Part shown: positions 26,421 through 39,699 of the stretch, one piece after another
Layout of the letters: each line of letters opens with the position of its first letter
Position numbering within the stretch: the first letter of the stretch is position 1
DNA from: Octopus bimaculoides
Taxonomy: Eukaryota
Direction of reading: 5' to 3'
DNA: 64,000 nt
NCBI RefSeq assembly: GCF_001194135.2
Contig: NC_068984.1
Span: 76,014,620-76,078,619, forward strand
The notes under the pieces: model-generated
The model's database searches: none
The model's input: only the letters and a program-made list of their open reading frames with translations
Told to the model about the DNA's origin: nothing
Made by a program: the position numbers and the translations under genes

Positions 26421-27554
26421 TAGCAATGGTTATGGTTAAAATGCCTTTTGTCGGAAGTTAATTTTATCCAAATTAACCTGGGTTTATTATTACTTATTTA
26501 TTTTTTAATAATAATTTTGATTTTTCTGTCTATCCAAGCTGTCTCATCTTTATTTTCCTTCGGTTTATATATATATTTTCAGCTACTTGTCACTTTTTGT
26601 ATTTACACTTTGTCAACATTATATATAGCTTCCTTTTATTATTTTTTTCTAATCAATAAATAGCGAAGTTCAAATACTTAAAGCTATTTCAAAGTTTTCT
26701 TTTTAAGGATATTCATAGTACTGCTATGGTAGTTCAGTGACTATATAAAAAAAGGGGGGGGGGGACTCACAGACAATAAAAAACAAAACAAAACACTATC
26801 TACATAGTAGTGAAAAGTGTCACACACCCCTCCACTACTACTGACAATGATAACAAGCTTTCTGATTTGAAAGAGAAAACATTGCAAACATTTCAAGAGT
26901 TAATCACAATTCAAAAGTAATAAAATAGTCGTTGAATGAACGGTATTCGTAAACGATAATATCAGTTTACATTTTGGCATTTTAAGGTGGTTATTTAATG
27001 CTAGCATACACCACCAGATAAAACAAGTTTAAACTCAAGATTCAATCAACTAAATTATCAACAAGGATGACAGACAGAGCCTCGTAAAATATGAGCCCAA
27101 CTCTCATTGTTTTAAACTTCTAAGTATCAATTCAAGCAATGAATTAAAACACATCTGATCAATTTACAGAAAACTAATCAGAATGCTAGGTTTCTGATTA
27201 TAAGAAAATGAGAGTACATATGAGTGTGTGAAAATAAGCAGTAGCTCTAAACTCACTACTTTTCAACTTTTATAAAACTTATTTTCTTTGTTAGGGTTAT
27301 ATTGCAGTCCTCCACCACAAGTCATGCAATCAGTGGAGTGACTAGAAGATTCTAAACCATATTCTATCAGAGCCTTTGTTAACTTCTCAGGCAATTTGCA
27401 ATTCCGTGACTTAAATGTATTATATATTATTTATAGTGATTTTCTGTGAGAATAAGCTCTACATTTTAGAGAAGACATTCAAGGCAAAGGACAAATGTGG
27501 AATTTTTCACCAAACATGATAACCTCATTTTTCATAAACACAACATACCTGTGT

Positions 27555-27960
27555 GGTTAAGAAGTTTGCTTCTCAAACATATGATTTCAGGTTTAGATCC
27601 TTTGCATGACACCTTGGGAAAGTGTTTTCTGCTATAACACTGGGCTGACCAAGCCTTGTGAGTAGATTTGGCAGATGGAAACTGAAAGAAGCCCGGTGAG
27701 TGTGCGTGTGTATATGTCACTTTGTCTTGACATTGCTTGGTAGTTGAAAATGTCTGTCACTATCATACAAGCAGTATCATTCATTTCTAATATATTCTTC
27801 AGAAACAGGTTTGGCCATGGAAAAATATTACATTAGTTGGAAACAAGTGAAGGTTGGCATGAGGAAGGACACCAGTAGAAAATTTGCCTCAATAAACTTT
27901 GCCCAACTCATTGCAACCACAGAAAAGTGGGCATTAAAATGACAACATTACACAACATTA
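27555..27960 (+). mobile_element. tRNA/CORE SINE with the OR-like head but an RTE-type 3' tail
   Basis: Head and CORE as in the 24393 copy (gacaccttgggaaagtgttttctgc; ccaagccttgtgagtagatttggcagatggaaactgaaagaagccc), then a different body ending gaggaaggacaccagtagaaaatttgcctc...cccaactcattgcaacc, resembling the RTE 3' end at 22975-23095. Confidence 0.7.
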
Positions 27961-28197
27961 CAATGGAAGGAAATGCGGTTAAAAATGAAATAGAGAGAGA
28001 AGAATTAACAGATGGTATCCAGTGATGTGACTTAAGTGGTTTTAAAGACCCAATCTTTGGTGATATGAGATAACCTAGATGATGCAACCTCGCAATTTTT
28101 AGGAATGGAAGAGTCACTTACAAGGATGAAATGGAAGACTCCATAGCAGATATACATAAATTAATACTGCAGTGTATTTTATCTGGCTCTCTACTGG

Positions 28198-28567
28198 TTT
28201 TGCTATTCCATAGGGTAATGATAATAATCATTATTATTTAATAACTTTTAGAGCACTGATTTATAATAATATTAATAAAATAAAAGAAAGAGAAAAATGT
28301 ATCAGGACTTTAAAAGAAAATGGAGAGGAAGGATCTGGGGCATGAAAATAAAAAAGGAACCCCATCAGCTGTCATATGAACACTGGAAATAACAAGGACA
28401 AAACAGCTGGTAAGAAAGCATAGAGACTTAGGAATTGACACCCAAAAAGCAGAGCTGAGTACGGTTCATCATCTAAATCCCCCAAAGTTCTTGAAAATTT
28501 AAGAGGCTTTTTATCTCGAAATCTCTTGGACTGTTGACATGATCAATGTTATAATAAAAATAATAAC
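28198..28567 (+). mobile_element. Decayed 3' end of an R4/Dong-like (REL endonuclease) non-LTR element
   Basis: FAIP...NINKIKEREK / MYQDFKRKWRGRIWGMK / QKAELSTVHHL resembles the recalled IDVAIP...KExEKxxKYQDLKRExxRLWxMK...LQKxALLxT motif; followed by a (TAA)-rich tail. Confidence 0.4.
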
Positions 28568-28899
28568 CTTTTAATTAAGCATATGAAGTGAAAGCCACTA
28601 GAAGTGTTTTCCTGATATGGTTTTCTGTAGCAAACAAAATAAAATACTATTAACAATGCTATCTGCACCTAGTTATTTGCACCACAAGCTAGCATGGCAT
28701 CAAAAAGTAATGAGGAATGATCCCACCTTTTTAAAGCAAAAGAAATGTAAAATTGTGTATTTTCAATATTAATAAATGACATTTTTCAAAATATAATCTG
28801 AAATTGTATAAAAATAGAGAAAATATCACTTGTGTATGCATGTGGGTGAAAGGTTTACATAAGCATGTGCATAGGAGTGTGTGTGTCTCTCTCTCTCTC

Positions 28900-28952
<53 letters not shown>

Positions 28953-28983
28953 TATATGCATATATATGTACATGTATGTACAT

Positions 28984-29191
28984 NNNNNNNNNNNNNNNNN
29001 NNNNNNNNNNNNNNNNNNNNNNNNNNNNNNNNNNNNNNNNNNNNNNNNNNNNNNNNNNNNNNNNNNNNNNNNNNNNNNNNNNNNNNNNNNNNNNNNNNNN
29101 NNNNNNNNNNNNNNNNNNNNNNNNNNNNNNNNNNNNNNNNNNNNNNNNNNNNNNNNNNNNNNNNNNNNNNNNNNNNNNNNNNNNNNNNNNN
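28984..29191. other. Assembly gap (N run) inside a (TA)n microsatellite
   Basis: Ns flanked by TA repeats on both sides. Confidence 1.
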
Positions 29192-29304
29192 ATATATATA
29201 TATATATATATACATATAATCATTTTCATGCCTATTTTTCTATGTTAGAATGGATAGATCAGATCTTAACTCCAGCACAAAGTCTTATCAACTGTTGTCC
29301 TTTG

Positions 29305-29440
29305 TTGTCATTTTCAGTACTTCTTTCCATGTCTTCCTCTTCCACAAGATCTTTCCACACACATCACACGGTACTTCTATACCCAACTACCATTCTCCAT
29401 ACTGCCTTCTCTCTTGCACACCACATTTGATTTCTCTTAT
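29305..29440 (-). mobile_element. Small RTE C-terminal remnant
   Basis: Reverse complement reads IKCGVQERR...CGRGRHGK, matching 22275-22420. Confidence 0.55.
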
Positions 29441-30124
29441 ATCCAGTTTTTCTCTCAATATATACAAACTTGTGTGTCTGTTTGTTGTGTGAGTTTTGAA
29501 TATATCACTACTGAAATAGAACAGTCCACAATACTCATAGAAAAGCTAATATCATAAATATTATAAATGTATAATAGTAGAAATGACAACTGACAACTGA
29601 AACAATAACAAATCAATAGAACAGAGAAAAAACAAACAAAAAATATATAGCACACTAGTTTCAGTGTGTGTATGTATATGTATGTATAAATATGAAATAA
29701 ATAATTAAAAAAATGAAAATAGAAAGAATCCCAAGCTAAGCTAAGCTAAGCCTCAACTAAAAGTGTTATTAGCTTATTGAAACTTGATTAATAATGTTCA
29801 TCAAATAGGAGAGGGAAAAAAGTCCATCGTCAAGTTGACTCCGCTTCAGTGAATCACTTCACAGTTCTGCAGCAAACCTATTTTCAGTTCTATTATTGAA
29901 ACTGATAAATGGTGTTGGTGGTAGTGGAGATGGTGTTGGCAATGGTGGTTGTAATGAATTCCCTTGACAACTGAGATATAGCAATATATCATTATCAAGA
30001 ACTTAGTGGTAGTGGGCAGGGTTGCTAAGTGAAGGTGGATGAGGATAAGAGAAAACTAGATTTGCAATAAATTGAGAAACGAAAATAATGATATTCATAA
30101 AAAGTAACAACAATAATAATCATT

Positions 30125-30337
30125 CCTAACACAAACACACAAGTCTTCGAATTTTTGGAGGAAGGGGTTACTTGATTAAATTGACTCTAGTATTTAGCTG
30201 GTACATTAATACTTCAATAAACCTCAGAAGGATGAAAAGTGAAGTTGACGATAAGATTTGAACCCAAAATGCTGAGATCCGGAATACTGCAGGGCATTTT
30301 ATTCCATGCTCAAATGATTCTGTCAATTTACTACCTT
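30125..30337 (-). mobile_element. tRNA-derived SINE, family with a CCTTTCATCC...GATAAAATAAGTACCAG-type central domain
   Basis: Reverse complement of the 30931 copy (cagaaggatgaaaagtgaagttgac...gatttgaaccc...gggcatttt). The central domain resembles my recollection of Sauria/Meta-type SINE cores (unverified). Confidence 0.75.
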
Positions 30338-30930
30338 GATGATGATAGTGATAATTTCTTTTATTACCACAGAGGTGACAAAGGGAAGATTTGAAGGAGA
30401 AATTATAAAATGATAAAATTTTTATAGAAATAAAATTAGGAAAAAGCTCCATTAGATTTCTTTTTTAAGAATTTTAATAACAAAAATTAGGTATAAAATG
30501 ATTAAAAAGTTTATAAAAAGAAATTGAGAAGCAGAAAAATATTCCTCATATCAAAGTGCATTTAGCGTATAAATGCAAACAAAAAAATGTTTATCTAAAA
30601 AAAGGCAAAAAAATAATTTGTTTGTAAGACATTTAATAAATTAATTCTGAAATTGATAAAATAAAAAAAAAGAAAGATGGGAAAATATAAAAATCTTGAT
30701 CTTTCTGTAAAGTTCATCTATTATAAATTCAACTGTAACACTGACATTTTAGTACATGTCCAAATATTTTTAGAAAACAGAAGCATCAAAAAACGTAATA
30801 GGACATATCCTTTCTCTTGAAATATTAACCAATTTTAACAAATTAAAACAATTTATATAATTGGAGCAAATGTTAACGTATTATTTTTACAACAGAACAG
30901 TCATCAAAATGTTTTGTAAAGTCTAGATGA

Positions 30931-31149
30931 AGGCAATGAGCTGGCAGAATCGCTACTATGCCAGGCAAAATGCTTAGCAGCATTTCATCCATCTTTACAT
31001 TTCAAGTTCAAATTCCACCAAGGTTGACTTTACCTTTTATCTTTTTGGGGCCGATAAAATAGGTACAGTTGAGCATTGGGGTCTATGTAATTAACTTACT
31101 CCTCCCCCAAACTTGCTGGCCTTGTGCTAAAATTTGAAACTAATATTAT
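30931..31149 (+). mobile_element. Full-length copy of the same SINE family
   Basis: A box TGGCAGAATCG, B box AAGTTCAAATTCC, tail gctggccttgtgctaaaatttgaaactaatatt. Confidence 0.85.
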
Positions 31150-31160
31150 GTGTAGAGTTA

Positions 31161-31365
31161 AGGTGGCAAGGTGGCAGAATTTTTAGTATACTGGGCAAAA
31201 TGCTTAGCAGCATTTCGTCTGTCTTTACATTCAAAGTTCAAATTCTACCAATGTTGACTTTGCCTCATCCTTTTGGGGTTAATGAATTAAGCATCAGTTG
31301 TGGACTAGAGTCAATGGACTCAACTAGCTTCCCTCTTACAAAATTTCAGGCCTTGTGTCTATAGT
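31161..31365 (+). mobile_element. Tandem second copy of the same SINE family
   Basis: gtggcagaat...gggcaaaatgcttagcagcatttcgtctgtctttacattcaaagttcaaattct repeats the 30931 copy. Confidence 0.85.
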
Positions 31366-31465
31366 TTAAATCTCATCAAAGTTAACTTTGAGATTGGTAC
31401 TTTACTTCATTGACTTCAGAAGGATGGAATGCAAATATGGAGGAAGAGGAATCTGATACCATTGA

Positions 31466-31670
31466 CACTTGATACCAACCTTTCTAAACTGGCCCCTGGC
31501 CTATGCTACTAACTCCCTGTTTAGAATTATCTAAATTAATACCTTTCAAAATTTAATGTTATGATGCAAACACCATCTTAATGAATATTAATATTTTAGT
31601 AAATTCCTTATTTTCAAAATTAACTTAAATAATGTCAGTATATTTTAACAGAAATATAATAATAAATGGG
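31466..31670. mobile_element. Probable piggyBac-type MITE, family C (decayed; related fragment near 7705-7900)
   Basis: Starts ttgacacttgataccaacc (cf. tttaatccttttaataccaacc at 7703) and ends AAATGGG + TTAA 31671-31674. Confidence 0.45.
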
Positions 31671-34600
31671 TTAAATATATCCTTCATCACAAATGAGGTC
31701 TTGTATTTAAGTTTAAAATTATTAACATTTTTAATAACATGGATGTCCTTTCCATTTAGTACCCTCAGTTAAGGACAACTAAAGGCCAAGCTGGGCAATG
31801 AGGAGGATTTAAACCAAATTGATTGATATAAACTTCAAAGTAGTCTATGTTAATAAGGAGAATTTAAATTAAGCAAACCAAGTTAATGAAAAGATAGTTA
31901 ATTGTAGAGCATAGCTTCTTATATCATTAAACAAGTGCTATCCCTGGTAATGTAAATTCCTTCTGAGTGTCCATTAAGGACTTTTATGAGTCAGTGCTTA
32001 GTCCCAGTTTATGAGTGTAGAAAGATGAGGCATAATTTACCCTTGAATATAATATGAAGTTATTGGAGTTATTTAACTGCAAGAGAGTCAGTGAACTGAA
32101 ATAACAAAATTACATAAACTACCTACAATACTTAATAAATTTCTTGTTTTGGAACTGAATTCATGAACAATGAGTTAATAGTACAATTTTCTTGCTATTA
32201 GGTGATGTCACTTCTATAGACAGTATGTGTTTACAACTCAAGTCGATTAGTCTAGTGAGAAGTATTTTAGCATTGAATTCAGTATGATGTGGGTGACAAA
32301 TGTACTGTTGCATGCATGATAATTTTGGAAATCAGTTAACTTTAAACCTTTTATCTACAAGTGGAAAGATTACGTGGTTCTGATTTGCTATTTCCTATAC
32401 TTACAAAGATAGTCATCTGTGAGTTAGCCTAAGTTGTTAGAGTGTATAGTGTTCTGGTTCAGCTCCAGTACAGCCCTGATTGAACAGACAAATAAATAAA
32501 GGTGTCTAAACTATGTCAATTCTGTCATTTTTTCGAAACAGTAACTAAATTTATAGTGAATAATAAGAGATTTAGCTGTTATTTTTAACAGGTTAAGCAA
32601 CAATATAGCAGTTTCTTCATGAACTCGAAGTTTATATTTCACGAATACGTCTAATTCACAGTTTCAAACATTTAAAACTGGACAGATTTAAGGAAAATTA
32701 GACAATATGCTTTATCTCTGAACAAATGCAATGACATTTCCTGAATCTGTGTTTGACTAATTTGATTTTATAAAAACTTCCCATATAAGCACCAGTAAAC
32801 AGTGAGTGTGATTATATTACCTTGCTTTTATGAACCTAATTATATACCAATCAAATTTTATTTTAATTAAGAATTACCTTTTTTATGTATCCAATTATAT
32901 ACCAATCAGATTTCTTTTTAAAGACAAAGTTTGTATTTATAAGTAGTATAATTACTTGGCTCAATATTTGTTCATAATTAGTCCTAGTGGAATAAGAAGC
33001 AAGTAAAATGTGTCCCAGCAGGATTTCAACCCAAGTACAAATAACAGTGCATTAATAATTACTGAATATAAGATTTACATGAAACCAGAGTAGAGATCAT
33101 ATGACATTCATTTATTTGTCATGGGGATCAGTAACCTAAATGAAATTAAATTGCTACATCTAAGAATCCAAATGAACTTGGGTCAGAATATATATCTACT
33201 ATTTCAAGCTAAAGAATACAGATTATCTTGTTATCATGTAAAGAAAAAAAAAAGAAAAACCTCCCAAAACTTTTTGTCAAAATACATCCCAGCTCATTCA
33301 TTATATATCAATAATAGAAATTGTAAGAGACAGACCTTGCATTGTTGTTTTCATGAGAGTTTACTCCCTGAGACTTTTGCTCCAGACAGCAACAGCTGAT
33401 ACTGTAAAGATAATGAAAATAGAATGATGAAAAGAAAAATATAAAACTGTGTAGAAGAAATATATATATATATATATGTATAGTACACACATGAAAGGCT
33501 TCTTCAATTTCTGTCTACCTAATCTATTTCCAAGTTTGAGGGTTGGGTCTGTCTAGTCTACTTAATCTTAGTCCAATACTTTAAGATAGGTAGAAAGAGA
33601 CTTAAAACAAATTTAGCTCCTTTTTCTTGCAGGTCAAGTAAATGTGTAGTGTATAGAAGTTACCTAAAAGGCTTGTATGAGCTAAATGTGAGGAAAAAAA
33701 AAATTTCAGAATGTTGACCCCCATCTTTCAAGTTTTATTTTTTGAGTAGTGTAGCTGTTATTTATTATCAGATTGTGAGGGCACACCTGAGACTGAACTC
33801 AAAACCTTCCAACAAGATACTATTATGCAACAAATGCTCTTGGGAAAACATTATCATAACTTCCCCAAAATACCTTAGACTGTATGGCTACCTTGCTTGC
33901 ATAGCAACCATACAGACAATGGAAAAGCTCAAGTGTACCTCCAGTCTGCAGTGGATGTACTACTCTATTTTAAGGAATGTAGAAAGTAAATTAAACTTGT
34001 TACCCATTTTTATAAAATTAAACAGCTAATACAAATTTAGTCTTAAAATGAAATGAAACAGGCAGATATATATATAAAGAAATATAAGAGAGAATAAAAA
34101 TGTGAGAACGGACCTGGTGAAACCCAATCTATATGTCCTAATTGTTGATTCAGTCTAATGAACACTACACCATAGTTCTCAACAGAATCCCCACCCCAAC
34201 ATTAGCAACTTTATACAAACACATGTCAAAATTCTTATACTAGGGTATCGAAAAAGAGATATAAGTTTCAATTTAAATGTTTACTATCCCATATCAGATT
34301 TACTTTTGCTGCAGAGTCACACATGTTGGTTTATTTTTTAAATTTAGTTGAAGGAAGGCTGGAGCTTATGACACTTGCAGGCCCTCCAAGATGGGTAATA
34401 CTTCTGTGGTTGGTGCTAAACTTGACCATCCACAGGTAGAAAAATGTGTGCCGATGTGCAATTCTTCTATTTGTCATCTGAAGGACAATGAGGGTGAAAC
34501 ATTTACTTCAAATGAATAAACTATTTTTCTCTCATTTGTATACCAATTGTTTACGTGGGTGATGTGCATGCGTGTGTACATGACATTATCATCACTGTTT

Positions 34601-37600
34601 TACATATGTTATTTTCATGCTGACGTGAATTAGATGGGGGATCTTCAATCAGTATTTTACAGTTTGATGCTCTTTTTAGATGCCAGCCTTTACTTGTTTT
34701 CAAGCAAGTAACTTTATTCCACATCTTTACAAACCCTCACGTAGACATGTACACTATAAGATTTCCAGTAGACTGCAGTTTGGAGATGAAGCACAGTTGG
34801 GTTGAAAAGAGAAAAAAAAAAAAGAGCCGGTACATAGGTAGGATTTAGAGTCAATTGTAAGGCATTATATGATAATTATGTGTAAATAATAGTAGAGCAG
34901 AACCAACTAGTGATTAATCACTTTTATAAATAAATTAAACCCAGGAAAGATTAATAAGTAACATGGAAATGATATAGTCATCCATGTATGTAGTCAAGAA
35001 TGTTTTGGGGGCTGATGTATATTTGAGAGTTGTTCAATGTTGTTCAGCTTCCAGTCATAACTAATTCCATTTTTATTGTTATTTGAAGGTGACTTGGTTG
35101 CTATTTCTAGAATGTCATGATTATGTTGAAGGTTCCTTACTGGTTCGTAGACTGCTTAATTATATTTAGAGAGTCAATACAATGATAGCTTGTGTTAATG
35201 TTTATATACACAAAAGGCGTTTAGATATTTTTTACATGAAACTAATTTTATTAAACTGAATAGCTTTAATGTAAGGAATGGAATACATTTTTTTCAAAGA
35301 TAAACAATAAACAATGCTTAACAAAAGTAATTGCTAATCAAATCATGATGTACTGTGAATATTTTTACTCACTGTAAAAACCTGTGTAATTTACGCAGAC
35401 AATTTTCAGGATAAGAATTGTTTAAAAAAAAAAAAAAAGCTTCTACTCATGTAAAATTCGCACCCAAAAAGTTTCTAGAATTGCCAATATAGCCAAGGGA
35501 AAAAGGTGTTCAATTTAGTTGTATTTAGCATAATTTCACTTATGACCAGATGTTATTAAATTTTCATGAAATAAAAATAATTTCTGTTTAACAGGTAGAA
35601 AGCTACTAAATTACAAAGTGCTTGTGTTGTTTATAATAAATTTTACAATTTTTACCCACAAGAGATTATGTCTGATCTTTAGCATACTTTTGTATGTCTT
35701 CTCAAATTACGATCACAGGAAAAGTTGATAATTCTTACCAACTAAAACAAAGCTGATAAATATGCACAAGTATTGCAAGACAAGTTTAATTACCAATAAA
35801 CATTAGCTTGGATGACACTTTACTCAACCGACAGAGGAAGGTGACCAATCAAACTGATTATGAAACAGAATTCTGATTAGTTGAAAGTGTCTTCTTGTCT
35901 CAAGCTCTGACTTTCTGCCTATCCTTGTCAGAACCTTTGATATAGAGCATCAAAATTTTAATCCCTTTCACACTTATAAAATGTCAAGCAAACTTTAAAA
36001 TTTGTCATAACTGTTTTAGCTGGGAGACCAAACTGATAGTTTGGTAACCCGCTAAAATAAACATTAAAAATCGAAAGGAAAAAATAAACAGCTTTGCAAG
36101 TTTAACTCAGTGTTTACTGAACAAGAGAGTTGAGAAATTTAAGAAGCAACTTGTTTGAATATACATGCCTGTGAGGAGACATAAGCAAGAACAGCAAAAA
36201 TCTACTATACCAAAATAACTGGTAATACATACAAGTGTTCTCTAAAGAGAACATAAGATTGTAGCATAATTCAACATGAATGTGAAACAACATTAAACAT
36301 CATATAAGGTATATGAAGTGGGGCACACACACAGAAAAGAGGTTCTGTGATCATGATTAGATATGTATGTAAATGTGTGAGTTTGTATTCTCTCCATGAC
36401 AAGTGTGCACTAATTGAAAAAAAAAACAGCCTCACTGTTGATACAAATAGTGCCATTTGTTTGTAGTCCACCGGAAAAACATATCTGGGCTTAATGACAA
36501 GCCTTGATATGGTGTGTGTTAATTGTAAACAAAACTCTCATTGCTCATGCAAAGTGTTGCTTGTTTGCAGTCCTCCATGGAAGCATGTTTAGAATGTTTT
36601 TGTTGGTCAGTACACTGAAGGAATATTACCTTGCTTGGAAACAAATGAGAGTTGGCATCAGGAAGGGCTTCTAGCAGTAAAAAAACTACCTCAATGTAGT
36701 GTTGCAATGATGATTATCCACACACAATCCCTTCATAATGAATATCTGAGATATGTCAGCATGTATATATGATGCATAATTTAGGTTTATCCACTTATCC
36801 TGTTGCATTTCACTGAAAAGTATATAACACCTCTCTTACTCCACTGATAGCTGTGCATGTAGCACATGTTTAAGAGCTCAATGTCTGGTATACATCTTTC
36901 AATAATTGACTTTCTTGGCTGGAAGTAAGGAAAAGTAGTTTATGCTAAAATAAAACAATGGAATGGAAGAAACCAAGTCTCTTCAAGATGCAACAAGTGC
37001 AATCTATCCTGGAGATAAGTAACTCTTAAAAAAAAAAAAAAAAAAAAAAAATCAGATACAGTTGTCTGTTACTGTTGGTGGCATGATAAAATGTCATAAG
37101 CTTATACTGAAAACTGGTAGGTGATAGGAAGGGTAATCAGCTGGTGGTTTTCTGTTATGCATATCAGATGATGAAGAACTGTGACAGGTGGTGAAACCCA
37201 CACAAGTATGGTAAAAAAAAAAATCAGATATATGACAAAGATGATAATATTACTAGAAAAAATTGTTTAAATAAGTAATGACTTTCAAATACACAGGGAA
37301 ATCTATGCTTGGAATTTTCAAAAAAAAAAAGTAATAAATTTTTTTCTAACACTTATACAAAATCTTTCGACAAAATAGATTCACCAACAGGAGAGATTTG
37401 TCAAATGAAAGTAAAAAAATTTTTTTTTAATGTTTATGCCAACCATCAAATCTCATTCCCTGTATACATTAAATAACCAGCCAAAAGCTAACGAGTGATT
37501 TTTTTATCTACAACATACATTGCCAAATGTTTTATTTCACTATTAGTCCTTAAAGCTCTCTTGAATAAAGCCATACAAACTGAATGTTTAATTCTTGTTA

Positions 37601-39094
37601 GATGAATGAAGTACTAAATTAAATTAAGTGCAGTTAGGGTAAGATGGAGTGAGTATTCAAATTTATTTTAGTATCATTGTGAAATAATCTTCTGAACTAT
37701 TTTTTCTCAGTTATCATCTGTTTAGTAGCATGGCTGTGTGGATAAAAAGTTAATTTTGTAATCATGTGATTCTTGGTTAGATTCAACTAAATCTTGTGAA
37801 TGAAAGTGGATAGATAGTTTGGAAGCTCAGTGGCAGGGCTGTTGTATCAAGTATATGGTTGTGAAGAAAATACCACAGGGAAATGCTTTGCAAATTAAAT
37901 ACAAAAACATGGAAGTCTTATATATAACGGAGTAGGTTGAAAACTCTAATAAGCTCAGATGAATGAAATTTCTTGAAAATAAAAACAATGCAGATTGGAG
38001 TGGATCTACATTCAACTCTCAATACTAACCTATCTAAGACTACATATATGCAAGTGTTATTTTTAAATTAAAATCTCTCAAAATAAAACCTTGTTATATG
38101 AATGATAATATGAGACTTCAGTTGGCCAGAGCTAATTATTTTATTAAATCCTTAAACATCTTCATACTGAAAAATCAACTGTAACATTTGGACAATCTAG
38201 TTATTAAAATCATTATCACAAAAGGAGCCAACTGTTAAAAGCAAAATGTTTCTATCTTATCAAATCTCCTCAGCAAAACATACTGACAAGATTTTAAACA
38301 CCTCTTATATCATACCCTGCCATTTTAAAAACAGTTACATATGGAAAAATATTAAAAAACAAAACAAAAAGGGCATTACCCTCACCCCCAGAATGTATGA
38401 AAGGTCACTTGTCATAGATTATAGAAATAAAGAAATATACCAGGCAACAAAGGAGCCTCTAGAAACATGCCTACTGTCTTGAAAAATGTACACAGAGTAG
38501 AGAGTGTGATCCTATATACATGAGCACTAGGTCTTGAGAAAAAATTTTAAAAAAGACATGAATGGTTATAACTGGAACATCTTTGATGATAAGTATGTTC
38601 AGCTATGGCTAAGTTGAGGCAACATTCTTTTCTGTGTAACTGAATTTGGTTACAAAAAATGTTACATTCTTTTCTGTCTCCAACTGAATTTGGTTACAGC
38701 TGAGGACACATGAATAGATGAAAGCATCACAATTGTCATTTAAAGGAAGTATCCCCTGACTGAGAACAGATATTGCTGGTTGGGGGTAACAGAAACTTTG
38801 CAGTAATATCATTAAGATAACCAAAAATCTTGATGCATTGCATAATAACTACAGCAACACAATGCTGGTTTCTTCTTCCCTTTTTACTATCAGACCCTAC
38901 TATTAACCTAACAGACCCTACCTTTCCTTGAATAAACCATAAAATTAAGGTTACTACTAACTCAACTACTGTGAAATTAGTAAGAAGCAATTTTTAAATT
39001 AAATATAATTTGGAAATAATACATTTCTAAATCTCTGAGAGAGATTTATGCAGTAGTGATACGATGAAGTGATACAACTGGCAGGTCATGCTAC

Positions 39095-39137
39095 TCCAGA
39101 CTGATGACGAGCAAACACTCAGAACCATGTCTCTGGA
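39095..39137 (+). ncRNA. Degenerate minimal type I hammerhead ribozyme motif (Penelope/retrozyme-like)
   Basis: TCCAGA-CTGATGA-C-GAG(CAAACA)CTC-A-GAAC-CATG-TC-TCTGGA: 6-bp stem I, CUGAUGA core, 3-bp stem II, near-GAAA, CATG palindrome, GUC site. Core deviations suggest it may be inactive. Confidence 0.5.
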
Positions 39138-39699
39138 TGCAGGCTTAGCTGGGTGGAGGTGCTTGTCTCCCCCCTTGTAAACATAAGGACACAGGAAATG
39201 TGTCAAGGCCGACAGGAAGCAGTGCAGCTTCCTAAGTCTAACCAACAGTAGTATTATTCCCTTCAGGGGACTGTCACATTAAGTTGACAGCATACAAAAA
39301 TATAATTATTAATAATTTGACTACAAAAAATAATCTGAGTCAATGAAAGAATCTGTATAGATCTCTCAACTGGCTAAAAATAGCAACAAAATCTCTCAAA
39401 TCACACCTAGATACAATATCTTTGAATAAAAGAGGTGGGGTTTGCCAGACAAAATGCCTTTTATTACACATAGGTCTGTTTGATCATTGCAGATCTGGGG
39501 CTAAACAACATCAGCTGTTGTCACCTCCTCTCACATTCTCAATTCTCACAAAACAAAATGTTACAATAACTGGTGTTTTATAAAAAAAATAAAGAATTGA
39601 ACCTACTTTAGCTCCTTTATCAAAGTAACTTTTTAATAGCTTACCAAATTAATAATAAACGAATCACTCAGTAAATATAGCAGAAATACATATTTGTTG

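Noticed and set aside
28731-29492. Long ORFs spanning 28.7-29.5 kb
   Set aside because: Artefacts of (TA)n repeats and the N gap.
35812-35892. Imperfect hairpin gacacttt...aaagtgtc as a pre-miRNA
   Set aside because: Large asymmetric bulge and short helices; no recognisable mature miRNA.
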